Virus record (IMG/VR): IMGVR_UViG_3300032220_000699
Span: 64,001 to 128,000 of that record
Origin: a virus
Reading direction: 5' to 3' (one strand)
Length of the DNA stretch: 64,000 bases
Part shown: piece after piece, positions 29,242 to 37,261 of the stretch
Layout of the letters: each line of letters begins with the position of its first letter
How positions within the stretch are numbered: position 1 is the first letter of the stretch
Position numbers and translations under genes: made by a program
Notes under the pieces: generated by a model
Seen by the model: the letters and a program-made list of their open reading frames with translations, nothing else
What the model was told of the DNA's origin: nothing
Database searches by the model: none

Positions 29242-30168
29242 TCAATAGTACTTAACTTGACTATTTACGGAAAGTTTATCTTTCATAACTTTCGGTGCAT
29301 TGATTTTGAATTGTGTTCCATTAATCTCTACAGTCTGTTGACCGCGAAGATAAGATGTAACATCAATATCAATACCATTCTTCAGCCTACGTTTATGAGA
29401 CTCAATCAGATGCAGAACAGGTCTTTTACGACCAGTCTCTGTAACTGGCAGAGAGCGCGCATACAGAAGAGATTTTATTTCTTCCTGCATGCAACCAAGA
29501 TGAACTTTTGCCTTTTCTTCTTGAGCAGTAATTGTCCAGCAAAAACGACGGTCGGCCGAGATTTGCAAAACAACTGAACCCATCATTTCTGTTTCTTTGA
29601 GAATAACAGGTTCTGTTTCAATTACCTGGTGTTTGTAATAACCAGCAGGTGATTGAAATACTTGTTTACATGGGAAAACCATTCCGGTTTTATCAACCGT
29701 AATATAACGACGTTCACCCATAATTCCACCAGCTTTAAGGGCGTAAAGAAAAGTCAATTCATATAAAGTTCCACCACTTTGCTGCCGCCAGTATTTCCCG
29801 AGAATATTAGCTTTCTTGAAATGAACAGTGATAGCATAAGTATCGGGATTGGTTTCTGCAGTTTTCCCTTCTGGCAAAATAGTGTAACAACCAGACTCAG
29901 GCAGAACATCGTTTTGCATATCAAAACCCCAACGAGTTTTGAAGATGTCCTCTTCGTCATATGCTTCAGCAGTAAGAAATCTAGAGCTGCTTGCAATATA
30001 AGGACCTGATTGACGTATGGCAAAAAGACGTTCTTCCGTTAAACGATCAGGAGGCGGCGCTCCTTTTAACTTTTTAATCTTGGTTTCAAAACAAGATATC
30101 AAAGCACTAGATACAGTTTCTTCAAAATCTTCTTGTGTCCAAAAATCTTTATCAGTTGCAGTGTTCAT
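29242..30168 (-). CDS. hypothetical protein
   Basis: 308 aa; own promoter motif (30208) and terminator. Confidence 0.7.
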   Translation of the reverse strand: MNTATDKDFWTQEDFEETVSSALISCFETKIKKLKGAPPPDRLTEERLFAIRQSGPYIASSSRFLTAEAYDEEDIFKTRWGFDMQNDVLPESGCYTILPEGKTAETNPDTYAITVHFKKANILGKYWRQQSGGTLYELTFLYALKAGGIMGERRYITVDKTGMVFPCKQVFQSPAGYYKHQVIETEPVILKETEMMGSVVLQISADRRFCWTITAQEEKAKVHLGCMQEEIKSLLYARSLPVTETGRKRPVLHLIESHKRRLKNGIDIDVTSYLRGQQTVEINGTQFKINAPKVMKDKLSVNSQVKYY

Positions 30169-30282
30169 TTATTTCTCCTTAAGGAATTGATAGGTTCCAT
30201 CTTTTAATATATATGTATTTAAAAAAATATCAAAAACAAAAAAAAAACACCAGGAGTTACCCTGGTGTTCTTCTTATCGAGC

Positions 30283-30873
30283 TTATTTGTTGTACAGAAT
30301 ATCTGCGCAAACAAGTTCTGCTTCACGAATCGGCATAACCCGTTTACTGGAACCACTGCCCAGATTCAGGTTACTGTTACCGACATACTTGGCAACAAAG
30401 TAGATCGGACGACCGACAGACACATTGTCACGCAACCACTTGGTTGTCTTAACGGTATTGAGCGAATAACCCCATTCACGAGAACCACCGAGGTTTGTCG
30501 TGCGGGTATAAATCTCACTACCGTTGACACCAATAATTTCCGTCACATCAGAGAACAACTGTCCCTGAGGTTGCGGCTTGATTGCTTCGTTGTTGCGCGT
30601 AACACTGAGACCGTACGGACGAGAGCCGATTTCAGAGCTGGGAATTTTTACTTCAGCAATATCGTTACACGACTTGATATTTGCATAGTTCCCTGCCATG
30701 ACTTGAGACTTCAGCGGAATCTTCTGTTTGTCGAAGAAGTCAGCACCAACTGCCGATTTCTTACCACCGACATAATTGTCTGCGCAGTCATCATCATCCG
30801 GATGACAAGCAGCGATAGCATTCCCACTAACTATCGAAAGAGCAAGAAAAACAATACTAATCAAATGTTTCAT
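30283..30873 (-). CDS. secreted/periplasmic protein
   Basis: MKHLISIVFLALSIVSGNAIA signal peptide; 196 aa; own promoter (30913) and terminator. Confidence 0.7.
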   Translation of the reverse strand: MKHLISIVFLALSIVSGNAIAACHPDDDDCADNYVGGKKSAVGADFFDKQKIPLKSQVMAGNYANIKSCNDIAEVKIPSSEIGSRPYGLSVTRNNEAIKPQPQGQLFSDVTEIIGVNGSEIYTRTTNLGGSREWGYSLNTVKTTKWLRDNVSVGRPIYFVAKYVGNSNLNLGSGSSKRVMPIREAELVCADILYNK

Positions 30874-30981
30874 TTTATCACCTCATGAAGGAATTGAATT
30901 TACTACACTTATTATATATGTAACCAAGATTTTTTCAAACGTATAAAAAAGAAAAAGGTAGCCGAAGCTACCTTAATCTGA

Positions 30982-31317
30982 TTAAATATCGTAATAATCC
31001 CAAGCATGTGGTTCATGCTTATTCATAAAGTCTTGAAAACCTTCTTCAGTGTCCACATACACTTCTTCTTCAAAGTTTCCCCACACTCGTCCGTAGACAG
31101 GATGGATTGCTTCAAAGTCATTAACCCAATAGTAATAATCCTCAACAATCCTACCAGATATGATCCAACCATCAGGATGAACTCTGACGAATGTACCAGT
31201 CTCACGGTTATGATTCTCAAGAACTTCTTCTGGATTTAAAGTATAAGCAGCGGCACTAAAGAATTTTTTCTGCTCTTCTTCAACAAAAAAATCTACACCA
31301 AGTTTTTTCGTAATCAT
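30982..31317 (-). CDS. hypothetical acidic protein
   Basis: 111 aa. Confidence 0.65.
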   Translation of the reverse strand: MITKKLGVDFFVEEEQKKFFSAAAYTLNPEEVLENHNRETGTFVRVHPDGWIISGRIVEDYYYWVNDFEAIHPVYGRVWGNFEEEVYVDTEEGFQDFMNKHEPHAWDYYDI

Positions 31318-31450
31318 GATATCACCTTAGACAGTTAAACAGCTGGTCTAAAGCTAAGATGATCACAATTACCACAATTACTATTTACTTAGTGTCAATT
31401 AATATAGATTTAAATAAAAAAACAAGGTGACCAAAGTCACCTTGTTCCTG

Positions 31451-31600
31451 TTATGCTTCTTTCTTTTTACTGAACTTCGCAGTGAGAGAATCCTTCATAG
31501 CTTTAGCTTTCCAACCAAGCCAGAAGAATAGGACACCAGTCATTCCCATTGCAAGAATAACGTCACCCCGTCCTGCGAATATACCAACCGCTGTGTTCAT
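31451..31600 (-). CDS. 49-aa single-TM peptide (not in ORF track)
   Basis: MNTAVGIFAGRGDVILAMGMTGVLFFWLGWKAKAMKDSLTAKFSKKKEA; ATGA overlap with the lipoprotein stop. Confidence 0.65.
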   Translation of the reverse strand: MNTAVGIFAGRGDVILAMGMTGVLFFWLGWKAKAMKDSLTAKFSKKKEA

Positions 31601-32049
31601 TTACCGGTGAACGACTTGAATGGCAGCTTAATGCCGAGGTTACACTGCTTCAGCTCTTTGTAGAAAGCAGTATCGATAAAGTCCTTCTCAAGGAAGCAAC
31701 CCATCTGAGCAGAGTGGGTCGAGCAGTAAGCCTTGTACTTTTCGACTTCCTTGGTCTTCTCGTTCTTTTCACCCATGAACGAAACCCAGATCCAACCGGA
31801 ACCTTGCAAGCACTCGGATGTCATCATCAAATCAGGATGAGTCACAATCTTCATACCAGTAAGGCGTGGATTAGCATCACGATACTCACGTGCCAGTGTA
31901 TCGGCATTGCTGATCGTGGTGGCACGATAAGAGTCCAGGATATCAGCATTGCGGATAGCCAGTTCATCCTTCGTTGGTGCGCGTTCACCACAACCAACCA
32001 TGATGAATGCGGCCAGAGCAATACAAACCATACCAAACATCTTCTTCAT
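31597..32049 (-). CDS. predicted lipoprotein
   Basis: MKKMFGMVCIALAAFIMVGC lipobox; 150 aa; GGAG RBS. Confidence 0.72.
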   Translation of the reverse strand: MKKMFGMVCIALAAFIMVGCGERAPTKDELAIRNADILDSYRATTISNADTLAREYRDANPRLTGMKIVTHPDLMMTSECLQGSGWIWVSFMGEKNEKTKEVEKYKAYCSTHSAQMGCFLEKDFIDTAFYKELKQCNLGIKLPFKSFTGK

Positions 32050-32099
32050 ACGAAACTCCTTTTTATTGAAAGTTGCTACTGGAAAAAACAAAATAAAAA

Positions 32100-32122
32100 G
32101 ACATGAACTATTTGTTCATGTC
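32100..32122 (-). terminator. terminator closing the tRNA-Leu/ncRNA/tmRNA transcript
   Basis: GACATGAAC-tattt-GTTCATGTC hairpin with U-tract on the minus strand. Confidence 0.75.
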
Positions 32123-32251
32123 TGTAAGGAAAGAGAAGGTCCACCTGCCTATTTGGGTAATAAGGACTCCGTCATGATCGGGAGAGCAGGTGGCTTGGAA
32201 GACCGAAGTCAACCAATGACCCCATCGCTAGTCAACTTAGGCTAACCGCTG

Positions 32252-32299
32252 TTAGGCGGCGAGCTTCAGCTGAGGTGCGAACTGTGCATCATTTGCGGC
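32252..32299 (-). other. tmRNA tag reading frame AANDAQFAPQLKLAA*
   Basis: Follows ATAACT (typical pre-resume context); AANDxxxA start and LAA end; TAA stop. Confidence 0.85.
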
Positions 32300-32387
32300 A
32301 GTTATTGAGTTTGCTAGATTTACGTCATTCGCCTGACGTGTCGTTCCTTATCCACTAGTTATGCGCTGTCGAAACCTGTACATCCCC

Positions 32388-32504
32388 ATCAGAGACAGTC
32401 TGAACCAATCGGTCACAATTAACACGTTGACTGCGGTTTTATCCGGAGGCGCTTAACTGTAAATGCCGTTCGCCTTAAACAAGCAAACGCAACCAGACTG
32501 TCTT
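32388..32504 (-). other. tmRNA intervening segment (117 nt)
   Basis: Between the CCA and the 5' G; closed by 10-bp inverted repeat AGACAGTCTG (32393-32402) / CAGACTGTCT (32494-32503). Confidence 0.8.
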
Positions 32505-32624
32505 TGGTGGAGATGGGGGGAATCGAACCCCCGTCCAACACACTTTCATTTCTAAAGTCTCAGAGAGTTACCTCTCCATACGACAATATTCCTTCGCCAT
32601 TGATGAGCATGGGCCGAAGATTGA

Positions 32625-33120
32625 AGCTAGTTAGTCCTCGGGCATTCTATCCCGAATTAGATGCTCTCACATCCCACTTGTTTTAAAGTTCCTGGTGAGA
32701 GACCAGATCCTCTTTGTCAAGCGTTTACGTCAATGTCCGTAGAACTAAAAAGCAAACTTGCCTGGTTACACATCCAGGTTGCTGGGATTAAGCAATGCGA
32801 ACGGATCTACATTTCAATAGTCCGGTTGTTAATCGAATTACACTTATAGATGAGCGACATCTATAAGACACTTGTGAAAGGTCCCACTTTCATCAAGAAC
32901 TGAGCATGTAAGAGCTAAAGATATGGCAGTGGAGAGATCATGTTTAGACGTGACCATGACCCCTAAACCCCACTATTCTGTCTCGATGTAGCAGACCGCG
33001 ATATCCACATCATCGTCGAGCCATATCCTTAGCAAACTAGTCGGGATTCGTCCTAGCCTTAGACGATATCTCTCCGAGATAGTGAGGAAGTTGAACCTCA
33101 CATAAATCCCTTACTCGTAG
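32625..33120 (-). ncRNA. candidate large structured ncRNA of unknown class
   Basis: No genuine ORF; many helices including a 14-bp long-range stem (32914-32927 with 33020-33033) and a 10-bp hairpin (32843-32867). Confidence 0.6.
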
Positions 33121-33123
33121 TGC

Positions 33124-33456
33124 CTAAGCACAATTCTTTTGTTCAGCTCGCCGCGCATTCAAGCGATCAGCCGTAGTGGTTGACTTGCGAGAATTAAGAC
33201 GGTTAGCCAAAGCGATCGGGTGAATACGATAAACACCCTTAGCGATGCGGCGAGTATATTTACGCCATGTCGGAGAATGTTCGCTGGTATCCATCTCAGC
33301 GTTACTGAGAAGAACACCGGTATAAGACTTCTTGATCTTCTCAAAAAAGTCCATAACTTCCTGACGAGTTACGATCAAACCTTTACCGATTTGACCATCA
33401 AGCATAGCATCCAGAAGCGAGTCATGAATGCTGCTAGTGACGTATGTTGCCATCAC
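33124..33456 (-). CDS. hypothetical protein inside the RNA operon
   Basis: 110 aa; GGAG RBS; lies between tRNA-Leu and the structured RNA. Confidence 0.7.
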   Translation of the reverse strand: MMATYVTSSIHDSLLDAMLDGQIGKGLIVTRQEVMDFFEKIKKSYTGVLLSNAEMDTSEHSPTWRKYTRRIAKGVYRIHPIALANRLNSRKSTTTADRLNARRAEQKNCA

Positions 33457-33511
33457 AGTCTCCTTAAAAGAGAGGGTTAAGATTTACTGCGGTTTATACG
33501 TGAAGAGTTAA

Positions 33512-33597
33512 TGGTGCCGGGAACGGGAATCGAACCCGTACACTCAATGAGCGAGAGATTTTAAGTCTCTTGTGTCTACCAATTTCACCACCCCGGC
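33512..33597 (-). tRNA. tRNA-Leu(TAA)
   Basis: Full cloverleaf with long variable arm, AGAGA-CTTAAAA-TCTCT anticodon arm, encoded CCA. Confidence 0.95.
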
Positions 33598-33646
33598 AAC
33601 TTTAAAACTCTTTAGTACAAATAATATATATGTTATTAAAAAAGTA

Positions 33647-34069
33647 TCAGCTGCAGATCTCTTCGTCAGCATCTGAAGCTAGTGATTTATAACCTTTGTA
33701 AGTAGGATGAATTTTATCCTTACTTAAATCAGACTTTCTAGGACTAATAGTAGTGTCTCTATATATACCAGCAACTTGCCTTACAAATTCATATTGTTCT
33801 GGTTTAATATCTTTATTGGGTAATATCCAAGTAACACATTTACTTCTAATTCCCATCCTTAACTTCAGAAGAGAGTTAAAAGTTGGTGTGACCTTTGTAT
33901 CATTTGTTCCCAAACTAATAATAGTATGTTTATTATATATGTTAACTGGTCCATATCTATTAACATAATTTTCCGAATTGATTCCAGATTGAACGTATGC
34001 TTGACATTCTTTTCTGACTTGTGAAATTCCTACACCAATGGAATCTCCAAGTATCAGGCATTCTAACAC
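33647..34069 (-). CDS. SGNH/GDSL-like hydrolase
   Basis: LILGDSIG (block I), SLGTND (block III), DKIHP (block V). Confidence 0.78.
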   Translation of the reverse strand: MLECLILGDSIGVGISQVRKECQAYVQSGINSENYVNRYGPVNIYNKHTIISLGTNDTKVTPTFNSLLKLRMGIRSKCVTWILPNKDIKPEQYEFVRQVAGIYRDTTISPRKSDLSKDKIHPTYKGYKSLASDADEEICS

Positions 34070-34090
34070 TGTTAACTCCTTGAGAAATGA

Positions 34091-34166
34091 TGGCCTCCCG
34101 TAGACGGTTCGAACGTCTGACCTGAATCTTAGAAGGATTCTGCTCTTCCAACTGAGCTAACGGGAG
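34091..34166 (-). tRNA. tRNA-Arg(TCT)
   Basis: CTCCCGT/ACGGGAG acceptor stem, GAATC-CTTCTAA-GATTC anticodon arm, TTCGAAC T-loop, CCA. Confidence 0.95.
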
Positions 34167-34621
34167 TTATTTTGAAACGGACTATTCTTACTAATTGTAT
34201 TATGAAATCTAGCAGAACAACTTCTAGAACAAAAAAGATGTTGAACACCCTTTCTAATTCTATTATTTATTTCACCTTGAGTTATATAAAATAAATTTCT
34301 ACAATTATCACATGGAACTATTGTCCATTGTACAACCATAGCGGAATACCACCATTGTTGTTTTAATAAATTCTGCTCTTGCGATAGCAATTGTAGATTA
34401 TTAATATCATCATTAGTTTTATCATCGTCCTTATGATCTACTTCAAAGTCATCAGGAACTTCATATCCAAGTTTAATACCCATAAGGTATCTAGCATAAG
34501 AAATAGTTGTTCTATCTGAATTTGAATTAAACAGATCAACTATTCTTCTATTTTCATTTGATATTCTTAAGTAACCTTTTTTCCATTTACTTCTAAAAGG
34601 TTCTTGTAATTCTATTAACAT
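34157..34621 (-). CDS. HNH endonuclease with C-terminal treble-clef Zn finger
   Basis: EVDHKDDDKTNDDINNLQLL HNH core; CDNC...FCSRSC; stop codon lies in tRNA-Arg nt 8-10. Confidence 0.85.
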   Translation of the reverse strand: MLIELQEPFRSKWKKGYLRISNENRRIVDLFNSNSDRTTISYARYLMGIKLGYEVPDDFEVDHKDDDKTNDDINNLQLLSQEQNLLKQQWWYSAMVVQWTIVPCDNCRNLFYITQGEINNRIRKGVQHLFCSRSCSARFHNTISKNSPFQNNSR

Positions 34622-34676
34622 GCTAATGCTCCAAAAGCTATTGACATGTATTATATATGTTATTGAATAAATCCCA

Positions 34677-34698
34677 TATCCAACTGAGCTATAGGCAC
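34677..34698 (-). pseudogene. orphan 5' fragment of a tRNA-Arg-like gene
   Basis: GTGCCTATAGCTCAGTTGGATA = acceptor 5' strand plus D-arm start; shares TAGCTCAGTTGGA with the downstream tRNA-Arg; no anticodon or T arm. Confidence 0.75.
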
Positions 34699-34737
34699 AC
34701 TTACTCTTTACAAACTATGTTGTTATCTAGTATTTTT

Positions 34738-34944
34738 TTAAAACCTTGGTGGCGGTGAAGGATACATAAACATAACAGAAAGATCCATCATAAATTCTCC
34801 AGGCGCGGGATTATCTACAATCTCAAATCCTGGATCTTTTTTCATTCCCTCAAAAAGTTTTTGAAGTTCAGGGTTACCACAGTTTAAAGAAGCTGATTCC
34901 AGATCACCCATATGTCCACGTGACACTCTGATTTTACCAGTCAT
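34738..34944 (-). CDS. hypothetical protein
   Basis: 68 aa; GGAG RBS. Confidence 0.6.
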   Translation of the reverse strand: MTGKIRVSRGHMGDLESASLNCGNPELQKLFEGMKKDPGFEIVDNPAPGEFMMDLSVMFMYPSPPPRF

Positions 34945-34957
34945 TTATTTTCTCCAG

Positions 34958-35467
34958 TTACTTATTGTGAGAAGTTTTATAGATCATATATTCTAGTTCA
35001 CCTCGGCCTATACGTAAATTATTTTTTGCTAATATTGGTACGTCTTTTCCTTCACCACCAATTTCTTCAAATGTGAAAGATTTAAATTCTTTTATTATTT
35101 CTATCTTTCCTTTTGTCAATGCCACTAAATCAATATAACCGATTCTAACCATTTCAATAGGTCTGATAAACCAATGCTCGTGATTTTTTCTAAAATCAGA
35201 CACAGCAGGTGGTAAGTAAGGTCTATCAGAAGTCATATAAATAGCCGGAGGATTCCAACCATTTTCTTCATTTCTGCATTCGATAATAATATCCATACTG
35301 TAAAGTTGTTTATTGCTAGAAATAGATCTTAAGCAATAAAGTAATTCTGGTGCAACACAAACTCTAGGTATATTACCTTCCTTATTTATGATAGCTGATT
35401 CAGGAAGTTTTGGTCTGAATTTAAAAACAGGACCGTGATCCTTTTTTGAAACATGGTAAAACAACAT
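34958..35467 (-). CDS. hypothetical protein, possible ADP-ribosyltransferase-like fold
   Basis: YHVS at the N-terminus and PRVCVA...CL resemble ART-fold phage proteins; weak inference. Confidence 0.45.
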   Translation of the reverse strand: MLFYHVSKKDHGPVFKFRPKLPESAIINKEGNIPRVCVAPELLYCLRSISSNKQLYSMDIIIECRNEENGWNPPAIYMTSDRPYLPPAVSDFRKNHEHWFIRPIEMVRIGYIDLVALTKGKIEIIKEFKSFTFEEIGGEGKDVPILAKNNLRIGRGELEYMIYKTSHNK

Positions 35468-35517
35468 TTATTTCTCCTAGTAAAAAAAGAAGAGAGGGAT
35501 TTCTCCCTCTCTTCTTC

Positions 35518-35703
35518 CTAGTCGTTTAAAGACTCTTCAATGAACTTCCTGAAGAAAACCTTCTCACTACCGCGTTTCTTTTTCCGCATGAACTTAACGC
35601 GCTTAGGTCCTTTAGGAGCAGGAGTGCAACAAGCACACTTCCAACCACCAGGTCCCAGCTCTTCGCTCTGAATCATACGAATAAAACGTTTTTCACTAAT
35701 CAT
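35518..35703 (-). CDS. small basic protein
   Basis: 61 aa; CACC motif; K/R-rich. Confidence 0.55.
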   Translation of the reverse strand: MISEKRFIRMIQSEELGPGGWKCACCTPAPKGPKRVKFMRKKKRGSEKVFFRKFIEESLND

Positions 35704-35772
35704 GATATTGCTCCTGTTAAGATCAATGGTTCATGATAGCCTCCATTTGGTTATTAAACTACAGGAAAAAGT

Positions 35773-35985
35773 TTACATATTAATCAGATTCCGAAAGGCG
35801 TCGCAAGCCTCCTTCGCTTCCTTCAAACTGCACTCATTATTCTGCTTACGATAAGCACGAATACCAAGCACATGAAGATCACGGCTGACCAGATGCCTCC
35901 AGTCATATTCCAAAATCTCCTTATCAAGAAGATCAAGAGTTTTGTTAACGTGTTTGCGAACTTCCAGAATTTCAGTCAAAGTCAT
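35773..35985 (-). CDS. hypothetical protein
   Basis: 70 aa; IRAYR...SLKEAKEACD resembles a ribosomal L7/L12 C-terminal-like motif seen in phage proteins. Confidence 0.55.
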   Translation of the reverse strand: MTLTEILEVRKHVNKTLDLLDKEILEYDWRHLVSRDLHVLGIRAYRKQNNECSLKEAKEACDAFRNLINM

Positions 35986-36044
35986 GATTGTTCCTAAGAA
36001 CTATGGCAACATTACCATAGATTATTCATGACAATCTCCTTATG

Positions 36045-36281
36045 TTAGTTAATGGTTCTAGGCGTTCCTATTTTGTCAAGAACACTACAAGCAGCCTCAA
36101 CACATTCTGTCGGAGACTTATTATTTTTATGTGCATCAAGAAGAGCATGTTTAGCCTCTTCTATACGAGCACACATTTCTCTAATAAAGGCAGCCTTTTC
36201 AGCCTGAGACATGCCTTGTAATTTTTGTTTAACCTTTTCTAACTCTGCGTCAAGATCAGGTATAGGTGGAAATTCAATCAT
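36045..36281 (-). CDS. hypothetical protein
   Basis: 78 aa, helical. Confidence 0.6.
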   Translation of the reverse strand: MIEFPPIPDLDAELEKVKQKLQGMSQAEKAAFIREMCARIEEAKHALLDAHKNNKSPTECVEAACSVLDKIGTPRTIN

Positions 36282-36283
36282 GC

Positions 36284-36598
36284 TTAATAAAGGTTTTCAG
36301 AGTACAGAGTACCACCATTAGCGGTATCCCCACCACAGCGATAAACAATTTGCCCAGCGGCCTCTGCAACTTTCCAAGCCTCTGTGCGAGACATGAAGAC
36401 ACCCCACTGATCGATAAACCCTTGATCATCGTAATCATGAAAGTCAAGATCAAGACACAGACGAACATGCATTCGCATGACATCATCCATATGACGAGGT
36501 CCTAAAACAATACGACCTGTTTTACTTGAACGACATGCTGCGCAGACAACACGACGTTGTTTTGTTAATTCATCTTTAGTACATCCATCTGCAAACAT
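36284..36598 (-). CDS. hypothetical phage protein
   Basis: From MFADG; VVCAAC...RH...QGFIDQWGVFMSRTEA. Confidence 0.65.
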   Translation of the reverse strand: MFADGCTKDELTKQRRVVCAACRSSKTGRIVLGPRHMDDVMRMHVRLCLDLDFHDYDDQGFIDQWGVFMSRTEAWKVAEAAGQIVYRCGGDTANGGTLYSENLY

Positions 36599-36599
36599 T

Positions 36600-37259
36600 T
36601 TATACCTCTGACAGTTTCTTCTGCCTGTAGAAATTATAAGCAGAATAGAATTCAACATAGAAATCTCTTAATTTCAATATATGACTATCATTAGGATTTT
36701 CTAATGCAAGTTCTTGATATTGTTTATACCGAGAACAAACATCTTCATAGGTAAGCTCACCAGCTTTGTGCTTGAGAGCATAAAGATACATCTCTGGATC
36801 TTTAAGTGAACGTTCTGATGCTTTTTCTTGAGCCATCGATATTCTGACAGTGTCAAGAATATTTAATAAAAGAGCAGGTTTGATTTTCTTGATAATGTCT
36901 TTGCAAACAATAAGACATTTTTTAGCTTCTTCAATTTCTTCTTCATCAAAACCCATTGCTTCAAACATACGGTTCTGAAGAATTTGTAATGGATAAGTAT
37001 TGTATGTAACATTGTTCTTGTTACAGTAAATAGAAATGATCTCAATATAAACCTTTAAAGAACTTACAAAGGACTGGTTATTACCAGCACCATCTTTAAA
37101 GATAAACATCCCTTCTCCATCTACTTCAACTTCCCCTGTTTCAAGTAGACGATCAAGTGCTTTCTCAAAAGGAAGAAAGGAGTTCATTTGTGTCACGAGA
37201 CTAGGATAACGAATATCTCTAGGCACGTATTTCTTTTTTGGTTTCTTATTGTTTGCCAT
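36600..37259 (-). CDS. hypothetical protein
   Basis: 219 aa. Confidence 0.7.
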   Translation of the reverse strand: MANNKKPKKKYVPRDIRYPSLVTQMNSFLPFEKALDRLLETGEVEVDGEGMFIFKDGAGNNQSFVSSLKVYIEIISIYCNKNNVTYNTYPLQILQNRMFEAMGFDEEEIEEAKKCLIVCKDIIKKIKPALLLNILDTVRISMAQEKASERSLKDPEMYLYALKHKAGELTYEDVCSRYKQYQELALENPNDSHILKLRDFYVEFYSAYNFYRQKKLSEV

Positions 37260-37261
37260 GA

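Larger units (their letters stand above)
32130..32620 (-). ncRNA. ssrA: circularly permuted (two-piece) tmRNA gene
   Basis: Acceptor piece with T-arm GGGGG-TTCGATT-CCCCC and CATCTCC-A-CCA ends at 32505. It lies UPSTREAM of the coding piece, which starts GGGGATGTACAGGTTTCGAC at 32387. GGGGAUG/CAUCUCC pair with a G3-U70 wobble. P2 pairings CAGCGCAT/GTGTGTTG and ACGACA/TGTCGT. Outer boundaries are approximate. Confidence 0.92.

Noticed and set aside
32505-33120. Conventional one-piece tmRNA ending at the CCA at 32505
   Set aside because: No upstream 5' end pairs with CAUCUCC; the perfect partner GGGGAUG and the tag frame lie downstream.
32625-33120. Group I intron, RNase P or SRP identity for the large RNA
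   Set aside because: No GAGGAAAGUCC, no SRP core and no convincing P7 (R/S) elements by eye; no flanking split gene. A covariance search is still needed.
33960-34151. 63-aa ORF over tRNA-Arg
   Set aside because: Overlaps a tRNA and the SGNH gene in another frame.
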